Assembly: GCA_964016885.1 (NCBI GenBank)
Contig: OZ024741.1
Location: 350,858,001-350,922,000 of the forward strand
Source: Eledone cirrhosa
Lineage: Eukaryota
Length of the DNA: 64,000 nucleotides
Direction of reading: 5' to 3'
Below, piece after piece: positions 38,820 to 51,750 of this stretch. Under the pieces are notes generated by a model that had not been told where the DNA came from, did no database searches, and saw only the letters and a program-made list of their open reading frames with translations. The position numbers and the translations under genes are program-made. The stretch's first letter is position 1. Each line of letters begins with the position of its first letter.

Positions 38820-41800
38820 ATATATATGTAGCAAAGGCAAAATATATATATACAAAGCTCAAATATAGATTGTGATTATACAAATTTTCACCTAAAATTC
38901 TTCAAATAATTTGATGCATAACTCTCTTGAAATATGTGTAAAGAATTAAAAATGATTTAAAAGTTTTTCCATCTATATATTTGATTATATATATAAACAT
39001 ATATACACATGCAGCATTGTGACTGGGTACTGAAACAGCTGCTAAACTGTTTGAACATGGATGTGATATATCTCAACTTTGCAAATGCCTTTGACAAGGT
39101 TGATCATAGAATGATATGTTACAAACTACTTAGTTTTGGCATAGTTGGAAAATTAGGTGAAAGGCTTCATGACCTCTTAAAAAACAGAAGCCAGGCTGTT
39201 GAAGCCAACAGGGCCCTCTCAAAAGAATCATCAATAACAAGTGGTGTGTCCCAGGGAAACATCTTTGGCCCACTACTGTTTGCGGTGGCTCTCTCAGACA
39301 TCCCCCCCTGTCATATGGATAGCCTCACTCACAAACTATGCTGATGACACGATAGTAGCACAGGCAATCAAGAAACCGGCTGATGCTACTTTCTTACAAC
39401 ATGATTTAGATGCCATAAACAAGTGGGCTGAGGACAACAATATACGATTTAATGCCAGAAAATTTACCTCAAGATCCACAACTGGTGCATTACTACCATT
39501 GCTATTGTTTCTGCCATTAACTTCACCATTCTCGTGTGGACTGTTTGTCAGAGCAGGGACTGAACCTGAATCAGTCTTGCCATTTTCCGACGGTTGTTGA
39601 TTCTCTTTGTTTTCTACATCATAACCTTTAATTAACACAGAAAATTAAATGAAAGGAAACCAATGGTGGGAGAGGCATCTCAACAATTATTTTACAAGAA
39701 AAAACAAAAACAAATTTACAGCTCCCACTTATATAGGTTTAACTGACCTGCTCCAATATTGTATTTCAGGTTTCTCAAGTTTTTCAACTATTAACATCCT
39801 GCAGCACATGAAACTGCATTAGCAAGACATTTGAAAAGTATAAACTAGCACTATAGTTATATCACATTAGAAAATCAATGTATTTAGTCTAATATTACCC
39901 ATTTTCTCAATGATCTGTCTAATACTAGATATAAACATTGGAACTAACAAACCCAATTTTAGATATTTTCTGCAAAACTATTACAGAATGTTAAGAGTTT
40001 ATGATAGGGGCCTCAGTCCTACCATGAAAAGCAATGTGAGCTGAAGTGTCTTGGTTAAGAACACAATATGCTGCCTAGTCTAGAAATCAAACCAACGACC
40101 TTATAAACCAACACTAACTACTAAGCCACACACATTTACTGTGTGTATATATCTTGTATACATATTTGGTCTTATACTGGATTCAGGGATTAGACATTTT
40201 GCTAAGTGACATATATAGGTATGTATATGTATAAAAATATCATTTGTGACTGCTACATGGAGGGATGATACAGTTTACCTATTCTAAACTGTATACACAC
40301 AACAAGAATGATCCTGCCACTCCCTTACCCTTATGATAAATATGGTTATAGTAGTGATGATGATTGTAACTCACAAGTCAAGGAATTATTTTCATTCTCT
40401 GGTAATAAAGAGCTTTCTCTATTTGGAGAGTCTGTGTTAAACATTAATTGATGGTGTCTGTGTAACAACGGTACTGGTGGGGAATTGCCATCTTCAGATT
40501 CACTCTTTAACTGTAAACTGTTTTCTATTGCTAACTTCATCCTTTCGTCCTCACTCAAGCTAAGCAGATCATCATTACTCAGATATTTCACACCTGAAAA
40601 TAGATAAATTGATAAGTTAATGTATGCTTCCATGGAAACAGTGTTAACACAATGTTGCTACAGGTCACACATATGTAAGTTTAACTGGTTTCCTACAAAG
40701 TTGCATCTCAAAGAGAATTTCACAGGTATTTTCATGACAGGGGCTCCAATCCTATCATGAAAAGACTCGACCAGTTTTCAATCAAGAAAAAGAAGTCATC
40801 AAAATATATTATACTGTTAACCCATTTAAACTGGCCATATCCAGCCAGAATTATCCCCTCTTTCTGTTCAAACTTATGCTAAGGTATTTTTCTCAAAATA
40901 AATAATATCAAAATCTCGTGGATTTGATATTATGTGAGATAAAGTGTTTACCATGCAAATACAATAGTAAATATAGAGTAATGTAAATGCTAAAGGGTTA
41001 AAAATATATAATTAGTTTAGCCTTTTTGATACCACGCCGGTCCTGGTTCTATAATACTGAACCGTTTATTTTAAACTGCTTATATTTATCTAAAACCTGT
41101 CCATAATTTTATGCAAGAACCTTTCTCCGGTTATGTTCCTAACATCCACTTAATAATGAGAAAATCATTTTACTAAATCCTTCCAAATTCTCCATTATTT
41201 TCAAAAAAAATTTTTTTAAACATGGTAACAAAAGTGTTAATATGCAATCACTTTCCTGTCTACTTACCATTTTCTACAGGCTTTGTCTCTGAAGAACTGT
41301 TTAGAGGTGTACTGCAGTATTCCGGTAACTGAAATCAGATTATAAATATTATTATACAGATAAAATTCTGTTACATCGAACACCATTATAACAAATTTTT
41401 TTCAATCCCTGAGGAAATGAACAAATGCTCAATTTGTTTCGGTCAATCTCGTTTTAAAGAATTTTTTATTACAACAAAATTTTTTGTATACCCCATGAAT
41501 TTCGTTATAATGGAATTTCACAGTATATCATATTTTGTAATGTCGTTCAATAAACATTGAAATATTCAGTACATGTTTGTGATGAAATATGTAATACCTG
41601 TATACACACACACACAAATGGGTTAACTTGTGAACCTTCATCAACCTTATTAACCTAGTATCATTGGAATTAACCCTATAAAGCCTATTGTTAATAATTC
41701 TTGATGTTTCAAACACCATGTTCTTATGCGAAGAATGATAAAATTCAAACCTTAATTTCTAAGGATTCATTAGATTAAAATATTATGGCATGTAAATAAT

Positions 41801-41839
41801 TACATCTGGTGGTTGTTGCAGAAATTATTTACACCTGAA

Positions 41840-41917
<78 letters not shown>

Positions 41918-44900
41918 AAAATAAAATAAAATGATATATATCATTACCCTTAACCCTTTAGCATTTACATTACTCTATATATATATATTGTATTTTTGTG
42001 GTAATGGCTTTATCTATCGAATCTATGAGAGTTTGAGAACAATACCTTAATATCAGTATGAGTAGCTAGTTGCAGCCGATTGAACAGAAAGAGGTGAGAG
42101 AATTCTAGCCAGTTTAAATGCTAATGGGTTAAATAAGTTGAAAAGGGCCAATAAATCTGTATACAAGCATTATTTTGAAACCAAACAAGCCCCCCATGTT
42201 TATATTTACCCTCCATTTTTTTTTATTCTCTAACTGATTTGAAAATCAGTGTTTTTCATTAGAAGTATGACAACAACCATGACATATTTCCTACTTACCA
42301 ATTTGGTATTTTTACCCACATCATTGAAGAAAGAGAGATCTTGAGTTTTAGTCAAATCCTAAAAATAAATAAATTCCAAATTTACCATTGTACAAATGTA
42401 ATAATGCATGTAAGTTAAAAAGTTTCTCCCAAGCTCAGAGGCCCATCAGACCAGAACATATCCCAGTTTCACTGGTGTTAAGCAATTAAGAGTAGGGGAT
42501 TCCCCCTAAACGCCATTCCATCATAGGATTACCCAATCAGCAGTCGCTGGTACTCATTTTTCAACCGGGTTAAGTGGAACAATGTAAACTTAAGTGTTTT
42601 GCTCAAAACACAACACACCACCTGGTCCAGAAATTGGACACATGAAATTATAGTAAAGCCCAACATCCTCACAATATAACCCACACCTATGTAGGTTTAA
42701 ATAGCCTTATACAAGGTTGCCTCTTATAGGACACCAGTCCATTGCAGGGGTTAACCCACAGCTGCTATTGGTACTTATTTTTGTAAGCCGAGTGGACTTG
42801 AGCAAAATGAAATGAAGCATCCTGCTGAAAAACAATGCACCTCCCATTCCAGGAATTGAACATGTGACCTCATAATTGTGAGTCCAACACCCTAACTACT
42901 AGGCTGTGTCAATGGCCGAAAGCAAAATAACAATAACAGAAAATAAATTTAGAGTAAACAGAAAATAAATTTAAAGTAAACAGTTAATTACTTTGTTGTT
43001 AGTATGATTGGATGAGCCATTGTGTGTATTATTTGAAAATTCTTGTGGCAATGACAAAATTGGGATGACACCTAAATCATCATGGTTTTCAACTGATTCA
43101 TACAAAGGCCACTTTTGAGATGATGAATTACTGAAAAACAAAGACACAAAAAAATGATAATTTTGATAATCATAATTTTCAAATAGAAATTAGAAAAAAA
43201 AAGACAAGCATTTTAAGGACATTTTTGCTGCTTAAAGCAATCACAAAGTCATACTTGCATCTAACTGTAAATAGATACCATGAGAACATGATGCTGGTGC
43301 AGAAATGGTGTTTTGTCCAGCACAAATGTAATTACAAGCATAGCTTCAGTTGCTCTCTCCTGAAAGTCTTCATTTTTTTTTTGTCACACTCAGAAAAAAA
43401 ATGTTATTTATTAACAATTAAACTGGCCGTATCCAGCCAGAATTCTCTCACCTCTTTCTGTTCAAACTGGCTGTAACTAGCCACTCATACTTATGTTAAG
43501 TTATTGTTCTAAAAATAAATAATATCAAAATTTCATAGATTCAATATTATGTGAGAAAGCTTTTACTGCAAAAATACAATAGTATATATAGAGTTATGTA
43601 AATGCTAAAAGGTTAAAGCAATCACAAAGTCATGCTTGTATCTAACTGTAAATAGACACCATGAGAACATGGTGCTGATGCAGAAATGGTGTTTGGTCCA
43701 GCACAAATGTAATTACAAGCATAGCTTCAGTTGTTCTCTCATGAAAGCCTTCCTTTATCACACATAGAAAAAAAACGATTATTTATTAAAACTTACACAG
43801 AATCAGTGTAGTCAAGTCGTCTACAAAATGTTGAATCTTTCTCTATTTCAGTCCGAGGTTTTGGTGGGCTGCAAATATGACAAATAAAATACCAGCATAT
43901 TATATAATATCAACAAATGTAATAGAAGCAGAACCTATTTCTTTTCAGTTTATATGTGCGTTTGTGGTGTCGTGTTTAAAAGTAGTGAACCATGTGAGAG
44001 GTAATGTGTATGTATGAAAGAGAGAGTGTGTGTGTGTGTGTGTGCATGAGCGAGAGGTAGTGTGTATGTGTGAGTGAGAAAGAGAGAGATAGTGTGTGGG
44101 TGTGTGTGCGAGAGTGTAAAATAAACAACTTATGCTCCTACCTGGTAAATAGGCTATTGATAGAAGGTGCTGGAATAATAGTTTCTGAACAATGTGATGA
44201 GAGAGTCAGATATTTAGGAATGGAAATATGCTGAATAACTTTCCTGTTACATGAAGCTGTGACACTATATGTATAGCGTTTCAAATGGAGAATAAACACT
44301 CTGCAATCAAAACAAGCATCAGCATCATGATTAACATTATTGTTGAAAACAAATAAATTTACATTATCATTAACATTCACAGTATACCTACAAAATCCAA
44401 TATCAGAATGAGTTTTTTGCTTTGTGACACTAGACCTCAAAATGTGGCTAATTGTGATAGCAGAGCTCTAGATGTGGCTAGCTATTATGACACCAGAGCT
44501 GTAGATGTGGTCATCTATAATGACACCAGAACACCAAAAGATATGTTTCTTTTTGACTCCAGAACGCTTAATCCTTTAGCATTCAAACTAGCCAAATCAA
44601 GCCAGAATTCTCCACCAGAAGAACTACTGCCATGTTAATTTTCGTTCCTGCAAACACAGAGCTTAGAGAAAATCAAAACTAACTGAAATAGATGTTAACA
44701 GAGAAAATATTGATTTTCATAAGATAGAAAAAGTTTGCAGAATGTGCTCTTTGCAAAAGCGAAAAACCATTAAAGGTTACTGGATAAAAACATCTTTCAC
44801 GTGTTCCTTTTGTAAAGTGCCATTATGTAAAGGGTGCTTTGGCCAATTTCATGACAGAAATATTGCCTGACAATATTAATTATGTGGTTAAAAAAAAAAT

Positions 44901-47900
44901 GTATTATTTGAACACAAATTATAGGTGAAAACCAGGAATATGTACACAACTGACACTTGTTAATGAGCAATTTTTTTTTTATTGAGCACATTGTTATGTA
45001 AATCTACTCAGTACATTGTAAAGGAGTACATTGGCTGGTAAAAGGGTTTAATACTTTCTTTTCATTGAAAACTTTTGCATGAAATGTAGAGAAAGAATAA
45101 AACCGTGTACTGGATTATACTTGCATTTTAATTCACTTGCTCATGAAAAGCAGTAAAATTGTTTATCCGGGTCACTGTTGGATAATTTTTGTAACATAAC
45201 TAACAAGTAAGACACAAACTTTAATGATTTCTGTTAATTAATTTCATCTGTCCACAAAAGTCAAATTTAACAAAATTAAAAAAATCAGGTAAAGATACAC
45301 AATTGTAAATCATATATTTAAACACCTACTGACAAAATTTCAAGTCTGTACATAAAAAATTTTAAGTTACAAATATAATTGATAACCCTTTTGAGTATGT
45401 TTAACTAGATTTGACAGAGTAAAGGGTTAAAAATGTGGCACAAGAACACCTAAAGTTGAGATATTTTATGGTGTCACCAGAGTTGCTAAAGATATCCTTT
45501 ATATTGACATCAGACCCAATAATACGGTTCTTTACTGACACCACAGCCTCTAAAGATGTGCTCCTTTTAGTGTGACACCAGAGCAGCTAAAAATGTGTTT
45601 TTTCTATATGACACTAAATCACCTAAAGATATGTTCTCTACAGTGAAACAAGGCCTAAGATGTGGTCATCTATTGCAACACCATAGATAGAGCTTTCAGT
45701 GGAGAAAAGTCCACGAGATAAAGGTGGTCATAAACACAAAAGCTGAGAATACTTGATTTCTTAAAATAACAAACAAATGGGTGTAATCTACTAAAGGAGA
45801 AATGGAAATCCAAATTACATTTCATATAAAATCGTAATTGTCCTGAACATATAAGACACCCTAGCTTCAATTTCAGCAGAGGACATTAACTCTTAATGAT
45901 TCAGCAGAAAATAGATTTAATTCAAATGCCTGTAATATCTTTGTGAAGCATTTTAACAGCTTCACTGTAATACATCTTACCTTGGTAATCTACTGATGCA
46001 TTTGGAAACTTCTGATTTATCATGATTACATTTAGCACACCGATAATCAACATTTTCTTTGACAAAAAACAGGTCAAGGGCATCTTGAATACTTGGATTA
46101 CTGAAATTTAATGAGATGGGAGTTAGTGAAAGAGTGATGTCAGGGAGGCGGGGGAAAGAAAAGGCAGTGTCAGAGAGAGAGGTGAGAAAAAAAGCTAATG
46201 TCAGAGAGAGAAAAAGAGTGTTTAACCCTTTAGCATTTAAACCGGCCATATCTGGCCAGAATTCTCTCACTTCTTTCTGTTCAAACTGGCCACTCATACT
46301 GATGTTTAGGTACCGTTCTCAAAAGAAATATCAAAATCTTCTAGATTCGATATTATGTAAGATAAAGCTTTTACCACGATAGTATATATAGAGCTATGTA
46401 AATGTTAAAGCCAATTTTCCATGCTAAAGCAGGGGTTAACCTTGTGGAGGCCCTGTTAGGCCACATACTCATCATGGGATCCGTTTTGAAGTAATGTTTA
46501 TAGCCTGATGCCCTTCCTGGCACCAAACATTTTAGTCCCCTCTTATGACATGCCGGGATATGGTGTACCAATTCTAAACTAGATACACAGAAGTAAATAA
46601 CCAGGTGAGTAAAGGTGAACAGAAAACAAGAGGGGACGAGAAGGATGGATTTGATGTATAGGATATCGACAGAGAGAGAGAAAGAAAACAAAAGTGATAC
46701 TGACCATCCCCTTGGTATATCCAATGACAAATCTATACATTGTTCAACTTTAGAGACGACAACACCACACCTAAAAAAACAACAAAAAGTAGCAATTATT
46801 TATTTTATAGTCCCTTGGACTAATTATATTTTCTATGATGAGGGGGTACTAACAATTTTAACTCAGGTGTAACTTCAGACTACAAAACACGAGACTCAAA
46901 CCAAACTACTGACAACAAGATACGTTTATTTATAATAGTCTGCCAAATCCATCCCAAAGGGGTGTTCACCACATCTCCCCATTTGAGATTTTCTTCCTTT
47001 AGAAATTATTAATTTTTTTTTTCTCTTTGGTTTCATGCAAAAATAATCCAGTCCAGCACAAGCTTCAAATACCTTGTCACCACTTTTATAGCCTCTTGGA
47101 CTGGTTATATTTTCTACTATATGGGGGGTACTAACAATTTTATCTCAGGTGTAACTTCCAACTACAAAACAAACTTTCAAGCAAGACTCCAACTGAACTA
47201 CTAACGAGACATGTTGCTTATTTATAATAGTCTGCCGAGTCCATTTCTTTAATCCCAAAGGGGTGTTCACCACAACAATTTACTATCACTCACTACTGTT
47301 AGTAAAACAGTCAAATGTTGCAGATTGTTATCAACATTAGTTGTTTTCTCACCTTTTACAAGTAATAGAACGATTGATATCAAATTCAAAGTTTTGAACT
47401 GTAGGGTTAATGAAGTTATCTCTGTAGTGAATTTCTTCATCATCATCATCATCAGTGGTACAATTACTAGATGTCGGAGTACTGGTCGACAACTTTACAC
47501 CTTCTTCTTTCAGACAGTCAAGGACTTGGTTTAAACATTCATGAGCATCCTACAAAAAATATTACAATAAAAAAATGTTACCTTTTAACATTTTTCGTAT
47601 CAAGCCACCTGAAACCACACAGTTCTATGATACAAAGTGGTTTAACACTTTAGCATTTACATTTACATTACTCTATATTTACTATTATATTTTCACAGTA
47701 AAGGCTTTACCCCACATAATATCAAATTTATCAGATTTATAGAACAATATCTTAACATCAGTATGAAAGCCGATTACAGCTGGTTTGAAAAGAAAGAAGT
47801 GAGAAAATACTGGCTGGATACAGCTGGTTCAAATGCCAAAGGGTTAAAGTGTTTATAAAAGATTTCTATCATAATTTTATACAAGAACAGTTATGTTATG

Positions 47901-49980
47901 TTCTAAACACCAGCTTGATAATGAGAATGTTACTCATCAAAATTCTTGATTATTTTCAAAATTTGAAAATCATTCATTAGAAATAAGGTAATGAAAGGGT
48001 TAATGACATAGGTAGTGTCTTTCATTAGAAACAATGGTAACAGGAAGGGTTAAACCATCTTGGTGTTGAGAAACTGATGAAAGAGAAAATAGCTGCTAAA
48101 GGTAGAGAACATGACTGCAAAGTAAATATATGGTCATACCTGCTGCCAAGTATTTAGCAAGTCAAGTTCTACAATTCACAGATATTTTAGACTTTTTATT
48201 TATCTGAAAACTTTTTCCTCCTAATTTTATGTAATAACGTTTATCAAGTCATGCTTCAAATACCAGCTTAATAATGAGAAAATTAGTTATATCACGAAAT
48301 ACTCCCAAATTTTTGACTATATTCAAAATAATTTGAAAATTAGCCAGTGTCATATGGTAATAAAAGAGTGACAATCCACCTGACTAGTACAGACACTCAC
48401 ATAGTCTACATGTTAAAAAGAGAGTAGCAAGTTGGTTGAGAAAGATTTAGCAGATATGAGAGGAAGTCGAAATAACTTGGAGAAGTGGAATGAAAATGTT
48501 ATTTAGTTTTATAGAAAGAAAATAGAGGCATACCTGCATATCGTTACTTAAGAAATGTGTACCAACAGTTGATATGGCTTCTCTCACATTGCCAAGTAAA
48601 GATACTTTACTAACATCAGACTCACTCTTTGTCTGCGAAATTAGTAAATTGGCCATGGTACTGCAACAGGAATTTAAGAGGTATTTCATAAAAAAAAAAA
48701 AAAAAGGGAATATTATTTAAAAAACAAATACAATAAAAATGGATTTCTTAAGGCATATTATTGAGGGAATAGATACATACACACTTATGATGCACTTTGT
48801 ACAGTTTTCATCTATCAAATTCACTCACAAAGTATTAGTTAACCTAAGTCTATAATAATGGGGTTTCTTACACACAACCCACAAACCTTTTCTATAGTTC
48901 ACAGCAGAAAAAATTTCCTGATCAATTAAGGAAAATTTGTACTAATTCACATACCCCACTTACTATCATATGCATATTAATGGGCACCAAATGATAGAAA
49001 CGAATGCCAAATAATGGGTTGGAAGGACTCTTCAGTTGAGTCAAAGACAGACCCCCCCCCCCCCCTCAAATGGTGCCACATTAGAATGCACCCAGAGCAC
49101 AATACATATGCAAACAATATGCAGACCACACTCAGCCAATCTAAAGGTCAGTAGTACTTTTCAAGTATTGATGCGGTCTGTGTCAACCCATCCAACCGTT
49201 GCTAGCAGGGAAAACTGTTGTCAAATGATGGTGAAACACACACAATGTTATCTTTGTTATTAAGAATAATTGCTAGCTGCAGAAACAAGAAACAGTCACT
49301 TCGTAGGTGTTACCTGTGTAAAGAACTGTGTGCGTATGTGAGCGTTAAAGGATGATGATTATATATATATATATATGGTGGCTGCCAACTCGTTTTCGAG
49401 TACGGCCACTACTTTATATCCATGTAGGAGAACCCCTACCGATGCGCTGAACGAGTGTGACTTTTTAGTCCAGTCAGCGACTTGAAAACTCTGGTACAAA
49501 CACTACACTTGTGACAATTATTGACACATAGTGCTGGGCCCATGGTACCATGTGACGGCAAGTGCAGAGAGATCTCCAGATATAAAGCAATGCCTGTGCC
49601 GTGAAGCTTTTATAGTGAGCAAAGGCACTGCACAAAGCCAGTCCCACTCTCTTAACCAAGATGATATTTACCAAAAAGAAGAACAAGTCAACATCATTGG
49701 ATACCATCAGGGTTGCAGGTGTTATATCAGAGTTTTCCTTCTCCTAGAATTCTGCCTTGACAAAGGCTAAGGGGTCATCTCTCCCAGTGATTTTGGATGG
49801 CCATTGACTCTTAAGAGCTCCTTTGACAGGTTTTGTTTTTAGTCCTGCAGGATGTCCAAAGACACCCTCCTCACCAAGAAACCTTAGTGGGGTTGCCAGT
49901 TTAGTCGCCAACGACCCGACCATGAGACAGGTTGTACTGGGATACATGTTACCAGTAGCACCAAGTGGTGACCTGACATA

Positions 49981-50014
<34 letters not shown>

Positions 50015-50283
50015 CATACATATATACATACATACATACACACATGTACATACATATATAAACATACATACATATACACATATATACATACATACATACA
50101 TATATACATACATATACATATACATACATACATACATATATATATATACATACATACATATATATACATACATACATACATACATATACATACACACACA
50201 TATATATATTCATACATATATATACTCATACATACATATACACACATATATATATACACATATATATACATATACATACACAC

Positions 50284-50320
<37 letters not shown>

Positions 50321-50373
50321 CATACATATACATACATATATATATACACATATATATACATATACATACACAC

Positions 50374-50410
<37 letters not shown>

Positions 50411-50517
50411 CATACATATACATACATACATACACACATATATATATATATATATATACATATATACATATACATACATACATACACACATATATATATA
50501 TATATACATATATACAT

Positions 50518-50548
<31 letters not shown>

Positions 50549-50811
50549 CATACATATACATATACATATATATACATACATACATATACATACACATACA
50601 TATATACATACATATATACACACACATACATATATATATATATACATACACACATTTATACATATATATATATATATACATACATACATATATACATACA
50701 TATATACATACATATATATATACATACATACATACATATATACATACATACATACATATACATACATATATATATACATACATATATATATACATACATA
50801 TATATACACAC

Positions 50812-50848
<37 letters not shown>

Positions 50849-50943
50849 CATACACATATACATACACATATACATACACATATACATACATATATATATA
50901 TACATACATATATATATATACATACATACATACATATATATAT

Positions 50944-50976
<33 letters not shown>

Positions 50977-51713
50977 TACATACATACATATACATACATA
51001 TATATACATACATACATATATATACATACATACATACATATACATACATATATACATACATATATACATACATATATATATATACATACATACATATATA
51101 TATACATGGTGGCTGCCAACTCGTTTTCGAGTACGGCCACTACTTTATATCCATGTAGGAGAACCCCTACCGATGCGCTGAACGAATGTGACTTTAGTCC
51201 AGCCAGCGACTTGAAAACTCTGGTACAAAGACTACACTTGTGACCATTATTGACACATAGTGCAGGGCCCATGGTACCATGTGATGACAAGTGCAGAGAG
51301 ATCTCCAGATATAAAGCAATGCCTGTGCCGTGAAGCTTTTATAGTGAGCAAAGGCACTGCACAAAGCCAGTCCCACTCTCTTAACCAAGATGATATTTAC
51401 CAAAAAGAAGAACAAGTCAACATCATTGGATACCATCAGGGTTGCAGGTGTTATATCAGAGTTTTCCTTCTCCTAGAATTCTGCCTTGACAAAGGCTAAG
51501 GGGTCATCTCTCCCGGTGATTTTGGATGGCCATTGACTCTTAAGAGCTCCTTTGCCCTTTGACAGGTTTTGTTTTTAGTCCTGCAGGATGTCCAAAGTCA
51601 CCCTCCTCACCAAGAAACCTTGGTGGGGTTGCCAGTTTAGTCGCCAACGACCCGACCATGGGACAGGTTGTACTGGGATACATGTTACCAGTAGCACCAA
51701 CTGGTGACCTGAC

Positions 51714-51750
<37 letters not shown>

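Noticed and set aside
49880-49977. HDV-like ribozyme at the 5' end of the 600-bp retroposon
   Set aside because: Partial elements are present (CCAGT/ACTGG, a hairpin followed by CTAA), but I could not build a consistent P1/P3/P1.1 pseudoknot by eye. An RNArobo or Infernal search is needed.
49744-51290. Long ORFs (up to 452 aa) rich in Y/I/H/T or M/Y/V/C
   Set aside because: They are translations of a stop-free microsatellite.
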